Origin: Tagaea sp.
GTDB taxonomy: Bacteria; Pseudomonadota; Alphaproteobacteria; CACIAM-22H2
Assembly: GCA_965279525.1 (NCBI GenBank)
Contig: CBDIIB010000005.1
Location: forward strand, 1,805,080-1,869,079
Length of the DNA stretch: 64,000 bases
Direction: 5' to 3'
A program made the translations under genes and the position numbers. Below are positions 1 to 8,487 of the stretch, piece by piece. How positions within the stretch are numbered: the stretch's first letter is position 1; every line of letters begins with the position of its first letter. The notes below the pieces were generated by a model that had not been told where the DNA came from, searched no databases, and was given only the letters and a program-made list of their open reading frames with translations.

Positions 1-710
1 GCGCCGACCTCACCGAGACGAACCTGTCGAACTGCATCCTGGGCGGCGCCACCTTCGCCGAAGCGCGCATGATGCGCACGAACCTCGAAGGCGCCGACCT
101 TGCGGCCGTTTCGCTCGACGGCGCGTTCATGCAGGAGGTGCGCCTCGCGCACGCCAAGTATCCGGTCGATCCGATCCGCATTGGCTTCGATCTTGCCGCC
201 GCGGTCGCCGATCACGGCAAGTGGGTCGATACCGAGGGGCGCGAAGGCAAGCAGCTCGATCTCGAAGCTTACGACTTCACCGCCGCCGATCTTTCCAACG
301 CGCGCCTGTCGGCGGCCAAGTTCGTGCGCTGCACGTTCCGCAAGGCGGAGCTTTCCGGCGCCGATCTCACCTTCGCGAACCTGACGGGCTGCCAGTTCAC
401 CAACGCCAACCTGCCCGGCATCAAGGCGCGCGGCGCCAATTTCTCGAAGACGAACCTGATGGGGGCCGACCTGCGCGGGGCCGATTTCAGCGCGCTGCCG
501 CTGGCCCCCGGTGCCGCGCGCGCCACGTGGCCCACGCGCCTTGCCGACTGCCAGGCGACGGGCGCCAATTTCTCGGGCGCCAAGCTCACGGATTCCAACA
601 TGCGCCGGGCCATCCTGCGCGGCGCCGACCTCACCGACGTCGATGCGCGCGGTGCCGACATGGCGCGCGCCGATCTCGTCAAGGCGACGACGACGAACTT
701 CAAGCGCTAG
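1..710 (+). CDS. Pentapeptide-repeat protein, 5' partial
   Basis: Continuous A(D/N)LxX repeats (ADLSNARLSAAKF, ANFSGAKLTDSNM); the frame is open back to the window start. Confidence 0.9.
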   Translation, partial: ADLTETNLSNCILGGATFAEARMMRTNLEGADLAAVSLDGAFMQEVRLAHAKYPVDPIRIGFDLAAAVADHGKWVDTEGREGKQLDLEAYDFTAADLSNARLSAAKFVRCTFRKAELSGADLTFANLTGCQFTNANLPGIKARGANFSKTNLMGADLRGADFSALPLAPGAARATWPTRLADCQATGANFSGAKLTDSNMRRAILRGADLTDVDARGADMARADLVKATTTNFKR

Positions 711-743
711 CCGGCCTCACACGTCGGAAGGCCGTCCGGATTT

Positions 744-1382
744 TTACTGGCTGACCCACAGGATGCGGTGGCAGAAGACGACGTCCGACACTTCGAGGAC
801 GCGTTCGCCGTGCGCCGCGTTGAGCGAGGTGAGCTCGAGCTTGCGCTGGCCCTTGCGGATCAGCTGCTTTGCCATCACTTCGCCCGTCGTGGTCTTGACC
901 ACGCAGCGGTCGCCGCGGCGCAGGCTGGCCTGCGGCGAGACGACGATCGTGTCGCCGTCGCGGTAGACCGGCTCCATGCTGTCGCCCGCGACCATCAGCG
1001 CGTAGGCGTGCGTGTCGGCAAGCTCGGGGAACAGCAGCTCGTCCCAGCCCGCCCCGGTCGGATAGCCGGCATCGTCGAAGAAGCCCTTCTCGCCGGCCTG
1101 CGCGTAGCCGATCACGGGCACGCGGCGCATGGCGCCGGCCACGCTCGGCACGGTGCCGATATAGCCGACGAACTCCGACATCGTGGCGCCGGTCGCCTCG
1201 AGGATCTTGGAGATGCTCTCGGTCGACGGCCAGCGCGGGCGGCCGTCGCGCGAGATGCGCTTGGACTTGTTGAAGGTTGTGGGATCGAGGCCGGCGCGGC
1301 GCGCCAGTCCCGACGGGGAGAAGCCATGATCGCCTGCGAGCTGATCGATGGCCTGCCAAACATCTGCGTGACGGAGAATCAT
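744..1382 (-). CDS. XRE-HTH / peptidase S24 (LexA/CI-like) repressor
   Basis: N-terminal HTH (SPSGLARRAGLDPTTFNKSKR); Ala-Gly site (AQAG), catalytic Ser (GDSM) and Lys (VMAKQL); ATG at 1382 chosen over the upstream start in AT-rich DNA. Confidence 0.9.
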   Translation of the reverse strand: MILRHADVWQAIDQLAGDHGFSPSGLARRAGLDPTTFNKSKRISRDGRPRWPSTESISKILEATGATMSEFVGYIGTVPSVAGAMRRVPVIGYAQAGEKGFFDDAGYPTGAGWDELLFPELADTHAYALMVAGDSMEPVYRDGDTIVVSPQASLRRGDRCVVKTTTGEVMAKQLIRKGQRKLELTSLNAAHGERVLEVSDVVFCHRILWVSQ

Positions 1383-1528
1383 GTGTGAATTTTTACTCAG
1401 GTTGTTGCGGAATGCATTAGGTATGTAAGCCAAAATATATCTTCAAATGAAAATAAACGCAAGTTTGTATGGATTGCGTCCCTGTCAAAGGATGTTTAGC
1501 TTTTGTTCTTTCCATTTCAGGTAGTGAC
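1383..1528. promoter_or_regulatory. AT-rich divergent control region between the repressor and the phage-like operon
   Basis: Sharp AT-rich island; TTGACA on the minus strand at 1483-1488; several GG-N8-C(C/T) boxes. Confidence 0.65.
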
Positions 1529-1996
1529 ATGCGGCGATTCCCAAGGGCGGGCAGGGTGCCGGAAGCGGCAAAGGCGGGTGGTCTTGCCACGGCCGGGGCG
1601 CGTGCCCTCGTCGTGTTCCGCGACCAGACCGAGATCCGCTGGCTCTACGGCCTCCGGCGGGGCTTCCGCCACTGCGCGGTGTGGGTGCGGGCGGGCGATT
1701 TCTGGATCGCACAGGAAACCCTTTCGCATCAGACTTTATTGGGGGTCTGGCCGGCCGGTGACGGGACCGGGCTGGTGGCGGCCCTGCGCGCGTCCGGGCA
1801 CCGGGTCGTGCGCACGCGCATCGCGGCGGCTCCCCGCCGGATCGCCCCGCCGCTGCCGTTCAGCTGTGTGGAATCGGTCAAGCGCGTTCTGGGCATCCAC
1901 GCCTGGGATGTGCTGACCCCCTGGCAGCTCTACCGGCATTTGATCCGGGGGCGTTCAAAATCGATATTGACAATTACCCTAACTAGGAATATTTAA
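1529..1996 (+). CDS. Putative permuted papain-like (NlpC/P60 superfamily) enzyme
   Basis: His before Cys (GFRHC ... FSCVESVKRVLG) and C-terminal TPWQL, the permuted papain-like pattern. Confidence 0.6.
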   Translation: MRRFPRAGRVPEAAKAGGLATAGARALVVFRDQTEIRWLYGLRRGFRHCAVWVRAGDFWIAQETLSHQTLLGVWPAGDGTGLVAALRASGHRVVRTRIAAAPRRIAPPLPFSCVESVKRVLGIHAWDVLTPWQLYRHLIRGRSKSILTITLTRNI

Positions 1997-1997
1997 T
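1967..1997 (+). promoter_or_regulatory. Putative sigma70 promoter for the head genes
   Basis: Perfect TTGACA at 1967-1972, 17-nt spacer, TATTTA(AT) in an AT-rich patch. Confidence 0.55.
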
Positions 1998-2104
1998 AAA
2001 ACAGGCTCGATATTCGGGCAGTTTCGGGTTTCGAAGGGCGCGATTTCGGGCGCCTTGGAACCGGAAATAGGTTTTAGTGCCAACTTTTTTGCTGGAGATG
2101 TCCC

Positions 2105-2320
2105 ATGGGTGGTTTTTTCTCGGCTCCCTCGATTCCCGCTTCGCCGCCACCGCCGCCGCTCCCCGAGCCGGTCGATACCGACAAGGAAGCGCGCGAGGCG
2201 CGCATCAAGGCGCTGATCCGCCGCCGGCGCGGCCGGGCCGGCCTTGTCGCGACCGGCGATCGCGGCGTGCTGCAGGCCCCGGCCGGCGCCTCGCTGCTGG
2301 CGACGAAGCTGGGAGAATGA
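2105..2320 (+). CDS. Small Pro-rich/basic virion protein preceding the portal
   Basis: 71 aa (MGGFFSAP...PPPP...RRRRGR...KLGE); GGAGA RBS; ATGA overlap with the portal; typical podophage pre-portal position. Confidence 0.75.
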   Translation: MGGFFSAPSIPASPPPPPLPEPVDTDKEAREARIKALIRRRRGRAGLVATGDRGVLQAPAGASLLATKLGE

Positions 2321-3873
2321 CGATGGCCGATTTCGATCCGCCCACTTTCGATCCGGCCGCCGCCGCCAGCGAAGCGCTTGCCCGCTACCGGCGCGCGCGC
2401 CAGTCGCGCGGCAACTGGGAAGCGGTCTGGCAGGACTGCTACGAGTTCGCGTTGCCCCAGCGCACGCCGTCGGGGACCGGCGGCATCGAGCGGCGCGGCG
2501 AGCGGCTGTTCGACGGCACAGCCGGCGACGCGGCCGAGCAGCTTGCCGCCTCGCTGATGTCGCAGCTCGTGCCGCCCTGGTCGCGCTGGTTCGGCCTGCA
2601 GCCGGGCAACGAGGTGCCCGAGGCGCATCGCACGGCCGTCGGCGAGGTGCTGGAAAAGGCCGCCGCCACGCTGCAGGCGCATTTCGACCGCTCGAACTTC
2701 GCCATGGAGATCCACCAGTGTTTCCTCGACCTCGTCGTCGCCGGCACGGCGATGCTGCAGTTCGAGGAAGCGCCGGCAGGGGCGGACTCCGCGTTCCGCT
2801 TCGCGGCCGTGCCGCTGGGAAGACTGGCGCTCGACGAGACCGCCGAAGGCGCCTTCGACATCGTCTTCCGCACGAGCGAGCTTTCCGCCGAACGGCTGAT
2901 GGCGCGTTTTCCCGACGCGGCACTGCCCGACGCGATCCGGAAAACCGACCCGCGCGGCAGCGCCGAGCGGCGCTTCACGGTCGTCGAATCGCTGCAGGCC
3001 GAGCGGCCGGGCTTCCGTTATCTCGCCCTGCTCGAGGACGGCACCGACGCGTCCGGCCCCGTCGTGCTAGCGGAGGGGCGTTTCGAGCAGCCGCCGTTCC
3101 TCGCCTTCCGCTGGCTCAAGGCGCCGGGCGAGGTCTATGGCCGCTCGCCCGTGATGAAGGCGCTGCCCGACATCAAGACCGCCAACAAGGTGGTCGAACT
3201 CGTGCTGAAGAACGCGTCGATCGCGGTCACCGGCATCTGGCAGGCGGACGACGACGGCGTGCTCAACCCCGCGAACATCCGCCTGCAGCCGGGCACGATC
3301 ATCCCCAAGGCAGTGGGTTCGGCCGGCCTCACGCCGCTCGAAGCACCCGGGCGCTTCGACGTGTCGAACCTCGTGCTCGACGACCTGCGCAAGCGCATCC
3401 GCCATGCGCTTCTCGCCGACCGTCTCGGGCAGGTCGACAGCCCGACGATGACCGCGACCGAGGTGCTGGAACGTTCGGCGGAGATGTCGCGCATCCTGGG
3501 GGCGACCTATGGCCGCCTGCAGGCCGAACTGCTGACGCCGCTGATCGCGCGCGCCATCGCCATCCTGCGCCGGCGCGGCGAGATCCCGCCCGTGCTGGTC
3601 GACGGGCGCACGGTCGAGCTCCAGTACAAGTCGCCGCTGGCACTCGTGCAAGCGCAGGCCGACGTGCGCAACGCCATGCTGTGGATCACCCAGGCCGCCA
3701 GCCTCGGCCCCGAGGCGATGGCCGTCGTCGATGCCGGGGCCGCCGCACGCTGGATGGCGCGCGCGTTGAGCGTGCCGGCCGATCTCGTCCGTCCGCCGTC
3801 CCCTGTTCTGCCGGGGCCTGTTTCGCCGATGGCGATGCTCGCCCAAGTCCTCACACCCCAACCCCAACAGTGA
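2317..3873 (+). CDS. Podovirus portal (head-to-tail connector), T7 gp8-like
   Basis: 518 aa; motifs RWxxxPGEVYGRSPVMKALPDIK and MTATEVLER; ATGA-coupled start. Confidence 0.93.
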   Translation: MTMADFDPPTFDPAAAASEALARYRRARQSRGNWEAVWQDCYEFALPQRTPSGTGGIERRGERLFDGTAGDAAEQLAASLMSQLVPPWSRWFGLQPGNEVPEAHRTAVGEVLEKAAATLQAHFDRSNFAMEIHQCFLDLVVAGTAMLQFEEAPAGADSAFRFAAVPLGRLALDETAEGAFDIVFRTSELSAERLMARFPDAALPDAIRKTDPRGSAERRFTVVESLQAERPGFRYLALLEDGTDASGPVVLAEGRFEQPPFLAFRWLKAPGEVYGRSPVMKALPDIKTANKVVELVLKNASIAVTGIWQADDDGVLNPANIRLQPGTIIPKAVGSAGLTPLEAPGRFDVSNLVLDDLRKRIRHALLADRLGQVDSPTMTATEVLERSAEMSRILGATYGRLQAELLTPLIARAIAILRRRGEIPPVLVDGRTVELQYKSPLALVQAQADVRNAMLWITQAASLGPEAMAVVDAGAAARWMARALSVPADLVRPPSPVLPGPVSPMAMLAQVLTPQPQQ

Positions 3874-3884
3874 AAGGAAGAACC

Positions 3885-4607
3885 ATGACCGATACGATCG
3901 CGAATTCCCCCGCAACGCCGCCGCCTTCGCGCCCCGACCACGTGCCCGAGAAATTCTGGGACGTGGAGGGCAACCAGGTGCGCGTCGAGGCGCTGTCGAA
4001 ATCCTATTCGGAACTCGAGCGCAAGCTCTCCGGCATGATCCCGGGGCCGAAATCGCCCGAATGGGAGCAGAGCTGGCGCAAGGCGCTGGGCGTGCCCGAA
4101 GCGCCCGACGCCTACCGCATCGCGCCCAAGGACGAACTCGTTTCGGTCGATCCGGAAGTGAACCGCCGCCTGCATGCGGCCGGCTTCACGCCGCAGCAGG
4201 CCCAGCTCGTCTACGACCTCGCGGTCGAGCGGCTCGTCCCGATGGTGCAGGACTATGCCGAGAGCTACCGCACCGAGACCGCGCGCGAGAAGCTCGCGGC
4301 CGAGTTCGGCGGCGCGGATCAATGGGCCGCACTGGCCCCGCAGATCGCGCGCTGGGGCCAGCAGGCCCTGCCTTCGCATGTCTACGCGGCGCTCGCCGCG
4401 TCGCCCGAGGGCGTGCGCGCGATGCACCGCATGATGTCGTCGAAGGAACCGGACCTGCGTGGCTTCGGCGGTGCGGCCGCCCCGCTCGACGAGGAAGGCC
4501 TGCGCAAGCTGATGTCCGACAAGCGCTACTGGCGCGACCACGACCCCGCGGTCGTGCGTGCCGTCAGTGAAGGTTTCAAGCGGCTCTACCCGGATCGCGA
4601 ATCCTGA
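3885..4607 (+). CDS. Capsid scaffolding protein
   Basis: Lies between portal and capsid; RPDHVPEKFWD N-terminus and MSDKRYW...FKRLYP C-terminus; AAGGAAG RBS. Confidence 0.8.
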   Translation: MTDTIANSPATPPPSRPDHVPEKFWDVEGNQVRVEALSKSYSELERKLSGMIPGPKSPEWEQSWRKALGVPEAPDAYRIAPKDELVSVDPEVNRRLHAAGFTPQQAQLVYDLAVERLVPMVQDYAESYRTETAREKLAAEFGGADQWAALAPQIARWGQQALPSHVYAALAASPEGVRAMHRMMSSKEPDLRGFGGAAAPLDEEGLRKLMSDKRYWRDHDPAVVRAVSEGFKRLYPDRES

Positions 4608-4617
4608 TCCGCAGGGC

Positions 4618-4646
4618 TTGACAACAAAACAACCATAGATTATATA
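4618..4646 (+). promoter_or_regulatory. Putative internal sigma70 promoter for the capsid gene
   Basis: TTGACA at 4618-4623, 17-nt spacer, TATATA at 4641-4646; AT-rich patch just after the scaffold stop. Confidence 0.55.
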
Positions 4647-4857
4647 CCGGATCGTTCCGCCCCGCCCTGTGCGCGGGAGAACGGAACGACCCACTTCCTT
4701 CCAGCGCCAACGGGACAACCGGCTTTCCGGCCCCCACGGCACCGCCCGACTTTCCCCCGCGAAACGGGGTCGTGGCTTTCGTGTCCTTTCCGGACGCGGG
4801 CGCCTCGGCAACCCTCGCTTGCGGGTCCCCCGAACCCAACTCGCAACAGAGGGACCC

Positions 4858-5670
4858 ATGCCCGACATCGACAAGGCTTTCGTCAAGCAATACGAGAACG
4901 ACGTCCATCTCGCCTTCCAGCGGATGGGCTCGAAACTGCGCACGAGCGTGCGCTCGAAGAAGAACGTCCAGGGTGCTTCGACCGTCTTCCAGAAAATGGG
5001 TCGCGGCGCCGCCACCACCAAGGCCCGCCACGCGGCCGTGCCCGTGATGAACGTCGACCATGCGACGGTCGAAGTGTTCCTCAAGGATTATTACGCGGGC
5101 GAATGGCTCGACGCGCTCGACGAGATCAAGGCGCCGAGCGACGAGCGTTCGGCGGTCGTCAATTCCGGCGCCTACGCGCTGGGACGCAAGACCGACGAGC
5201 TGATCATCGGCGCACTCCAGACCTCGGCGAACTTCGCCGGGGCCGACACCGACGGTCTCACCAAGGCCAAGATCCTGACCGCGTTCGAGATGCTGGGCGC
5301 TTCCGACGTGCCCGACGACGGTGACCGCTTCGCCATCATCGGGTGGAAGCAGTGGAGCGAGCTGCTCGACATCGACGAGTTCGCCAACGCCGACTATGTC
5401 GGCGCCGACGATCTCCCGTGGCAGGGCACGCAGGCCAAGAAGTGGCTCGGCACCTTGTGGATGCCGCATTCGGGCCTGCTCGCCAGCGGCGGCGTGCGCG
5501 CGTGCCACTGGTACCACAAGGCCGCGGTCGGCCACGCGTCGGGCTGCGAGGTGCGCTCGGACGTGTCGTGGCACGGCGACCGCGCGTCGTTCTTCATCAG
5601 CAACATGATGAGCCAGGGCGCCGGCATCATCGATGCCGCCGGCGTCGTGACCCTGCGCTGCAAGGAATAG
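4858..5670 (+). CDS. Major capsid protein
   Basis: 270 aa; FVKQYENDVHLAFQRMGSKLR and AYALGRKTDELII are typical of podophage capsids; position after the scaffold. Confidence 0.88.
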   Translation: MPDIDKAFVKQYENDVHLAFQRMGSKLRTSVRSKKNVQGASTVFQKMGRGAATTKARHAAVPVMNVDHATVEVFLKDYYAGEWLDALDEIKAPSDERSAVVNSGAYALGRKTDELIIGALQTSANFAGADTDGLTKAKILTAFEMLGASDVPDDGDRFAIIGWKQWSELLDIDEFANADYVGADDLPWQGTQAKKWLGTLWMPHSGLLASGGVRACHWYHKAAVGHASGCEVRSDVSWHGDRASFFISNMMSQGAGIIDAAGVVTLRCKE

Positions 5671-5679
5671 GAGCGAACG

Positions 5680-5949
5680 ATGGCCTTCGAACTCAGGAAC
5701 CTGTCCGTGCTCGCCTACGCGAACGGCTTCACGCTGTGGCACTACGCCACGCCGGATGAAGCCGCCGCGGTCGACGATGCGGGCTACTTCAACGCCGCCG
5801 CCGACATGCTGCGCGCCGGCGACATGATCCTTGCCAACACGGCCACGACGACGGCGCCGCAAAGCGGCGTCTTCGCGGTCGCGACGGTGGCGGCGGGATC
5901 GGTCGATGCCGCGAGCCTGACACCGTTCGGCACGTCCAACCCCGACTGA
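5680..5949 (+). CDS. Small phage structural protein, possibly head decoration
   Basis: 89 aa, AGGAG RBS, directly after the capsid; function inferred from position only. Confidence 0.7.
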   Translation: MAFELRNLSVLAYANGFTLWHYATPDEAAAVDDAGYFNAAADMLRAGDMILANTATTTAPQSGVFAVATVAAGSVDAASLTPFGTSNPD

Positions 5950-5961
5950 CGAAACGGCAAC

Positions 5962-5997
5962 CCGGCGGGCGCGATCGCGTCCGCCGGACTTTCCCTT
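5962..5997 (+). terminator. Hairpin terminator/attenuator between head and tail genes
   Basis: CCGGCGGGCGCG-AT-CGCGTCCGCCGG stem followed by ACTTTCCCTT. Confidence 0.55.
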
Positions 5998-6013
5998 GTC
6001 CGGAGAATCCGCA

Positions 6014-6583
6014 ATGGCCCTCACGTCCATCGCCTTGTGCGCGCGCGCCCTCGTCAAGCTCGGTGCCCGCTCGATCGCCTCGTTCGACGAAGGCACGGCC
6101 GAGGCGGAAGTCGCCGCCGTGCTCTATCCATCCGTGCGCGACGGCCTGCTGTCCGCCCATCCGTGGAGCTTCGCGACCGGCCAGGCCACGCTTGCGCGCC
6201 TTGCGCGCGATCCCGTCGCCGACCACGCCTTCGCCTACCAGCTTCCGGCCGATTTCCTGCGCGCTTTGTCGCTGGGGACGGGCACGCGCGGCCGCGGGAC
6301 CGAATACCGGATCGTGGAATCCACGCTCCACTGCGATGCCGACCAGGTCGTGCTGTCCTACGTGTTCCGGCCCGACGAGACCGGCTTCCCGCCCTTCTTC
6401 GACACGCTGCTGATCGCCACGCTGGCGGCCGAGTTCTGCCTGCCGGTGACGGAAAGCACCAGCCGCGCCGAACTGCTGCGCCGCGTGGCCGAGGGCGAGT
6501 TCCGGCGCGCGCGCCTGATCGACGCCCAGCAGGACACGCCCCAGCGCATCGAGGACTTCACGCTGGTGGAGGCCCGCCGATGA
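6014..6583 (+). CDS. Tail tubular protein A / head-tail adaptor
   Basis: 189 aa; ALCARALVKLGA, HPWSFAT and YQLPADFLR motifs; position. Confidence 0.82.
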   Translation: MALTSIALCARALVKLGARSIASFDEGTAEAEVAAVLYPSVRDGLLSAHPWSFATGQATLARLARDPVADHAFAYQLPADFLRALSLGTGTRGRGTEYRIVESTLHCDADQVVLSYVFRPDETGFPPFFDTLLIATLAAEFCLPVTESTSRAELLRRVAEGEFRRARLIDAQQDTPQRIEDFTLVEARR

Positions 6584-8487
6584 GCGTCGTGCGCATCGCC
6601 AAGACGAGCTTCGCCTCGGGCGAGATCGGACCGGCCATGCTGGGCCGCGTGGACCTGCGCGCGTTCGAGAACGGGGCGCGCACGTTGCGCAACGTCATCG
6701 TGCAGCCGTCGGGCGGCGTGACGCGCCGGCCGGGGCTGGCGCATGTCGCCACGCTGCCGGGCCCGGCCCGGCTGGTCGCGTTCGAGTTCAACACCGAGCA
6801 GGCCTATCTGCTGGCCCTCCTCGACGGGGAGATGCGCGTCTATCGCGAGGGCGTGCAGGTGGCGAGCCTCGCCACACCGTGGACGGGCGCGCAGATCGGC
6901 CAGGTCGCGTGGACGCAGAGTGCGGACACGCTGCTCGTCGTGCATCCCGACGTGCCGCCGCGGCGCATCACGCGCACGTCGCACGCGGCGTGGACGATCG
7001 AGCCGTGGGCCTTTTTCGAGGACAAGGGTGTGCGCCACCAGCCCTACCACAAGTTCGCCGCGACCGACGTCACACTCCAGCCGAGCGGAACGTCGGGCTC
7101 CGTGACGCTGACGGCGTCGGCCGACGCGTTCGTCGCCGGCCATGTCGGCGAGAAGCTGCGCGTCCAGCAGAAGGAGCTGACGGTCACCGCCGTGACGGGT
7201 CCGCGCAGCGCCACCGCCACCCTCGCGACCGACCAGACGCTGCCCGACACGAGCGCGACGCGCGACTGGGAGGAGGCGGCGTTTTCCGCCATCCGCGGCT
7301 GGCCGGTATCGGTCACGTTCCACCAGGACCGGCTCGTCGTCGGCGGTTCGCGCGACCTGCCCAACCGGCTGTGGCTGTCGAAATCGGGCGACCTGTTCAA
7401 TTTCGATCTGGGCACGGGTCTGGACGACGAGGCGATCGAGTTCGCGCTGCTGTCCGACCAGGTCAACGCGATCCGCCACGTCTTCTCGGGTCGCCACCTG
7501 CAGGTCTTCACGTCGGGGGCCGAATGGATGGTGACGGGCGAGCCGCTGACGCCCGAGAACGTCCAGCTCGACCGGCAGACGCGCATCGGCAGTCCGACGG
7601 ACCGTTCGGTACGGCCGCGCGACGTGGATGGTGCGACGCTATTCGTCGGGCGCGGCGGACATGATCTTCGCGAGTTCCTGTTCGCCGATGGCGAGCAGGC
7701 CTATCAGGCGACGGATCTGGCGTTGCTTGCCCCGCATCTGGTGCGCGATCCCGTCGCCATCGAGTACGACCCGGACGACCGGCTGCTGCACGTCGTCAAT
7801 GCCGACGGCACGCTTGCCACGCTGACGGTCTATCGCGCCGAGCAGGTGACCGCGTGGGCGTTGCAGACGACGCTCGGGTACTTCCGTTCGGTCGCGACGG
7901 TGTCGGACGAGACCTATCTTGCGGTCGAGCGCACGGGCATCTGGTCGGTCGAACGCTTCGACCGGTCCTTCGCGACCGACGCTGCCGTGCGGCTTGAGCC
8001 GCCGCAGAACGCCACGCAGTGGACGGGCCTTGCGCATCTCGACGCCAAGAAAGTCGAACTCGTCGGCGACGGCGTGCCGCTGGGCACCGGCATCCCGATC
8101 GGCGGCACACTTGACGTACGGGCACCCGTCGCGTCGCTCGAAGCGGGCCTCGCATTCGCCGCCGTGATCGAACCTCTGCCGCCCACGCTTGCCGCGGCCG
8201 GCGGGGCGAGCCCGCGCAGCGTGCGCCTGATCGAGGCCGCGTTCCGCCTGCTGGAGGCGCGCCAGATGCGCATCGACACCGGCGGCGGTGCCGTCGACGT
8301 GCCGTTCCGCCGCTTCGCCGCCGGCAGCACCCTCGACCAGCCCGTCGCCGGCTTCACCGGCGAGAAACGCGTGCGCGCGTTGGGCTGGAAGCGGGCCGGC
8401 ATCGACGCGCTGTGGCGCATCGAACTGCCGGCACCGCTGCCTTTCACGCTGCTTTCCGTAACCCACGAACTGAAGGTGAATGACTGA
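6580..8487 (+). CDS. Tail tubular protein B / nozzle
   Basis: 635 aa, beta-rich; SFASGEI, GGVTRRPG and WPVSVTFHQDRL motifs; ATGA overlap. Confidence 0.85.
   Translation: MSVVRIAKTSFASGEIGPAMLGRVDLRAFENGARTLRNVIVQPSGGVTRRPGLAHVATLPGPARLVAFEFNTEQAYLLALLDGEMRVYREGVQVASLATPWTGAQIGQVAWTQSADTLLVVHPDVPPRRITRTSHAAWTIEPWAFFEDKGVRHQPYHKFAATDVTLQPSGTSGSVTLTASADAFVAGHVGEKLRVQQKELTVTAVTGPRSATATLATDQTLPDTSATRDWEEAAFSAIRGWPVSVTFHQDRLVVGGSRDLPNRLWLSKSGDLFNFDLGTGLDDEAIEFALLSDQVNAIRHVFSGRHLQVFTSGAEWMVTGEPLTPENVQLDRQTRIGSPTDRSVRPRDVDGATLFVGRGGHDLREFLFADGEQAYQATDLALLAPHLVRDPVAIEYDPDDRLLHVVNADGTLATLTVYRAEQVTAWALQTTLGYFRSVATVSDETYLAVERTGIWSVERFDRSFATDAAVRLEPPQNATQWTGLAHLDAKKVELVGDGVPLGTGIPIGGTLDVRAPVASLEAGLAFAAVIEPLPPTLAAAGGASPRSVRLIEAAFRLLEARQMRIDTGGGAVDVPFRRFAAGSTLDQPVAGFTGEKRVRALGWKRAGIDALWRIELPAPLPFTLLSVTHELKVND

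Noticed and set aside
1-710. Pentapeptide gene as part of the element
   Set aside because: It converges on the repressor and has no phage features; no evidence links it.
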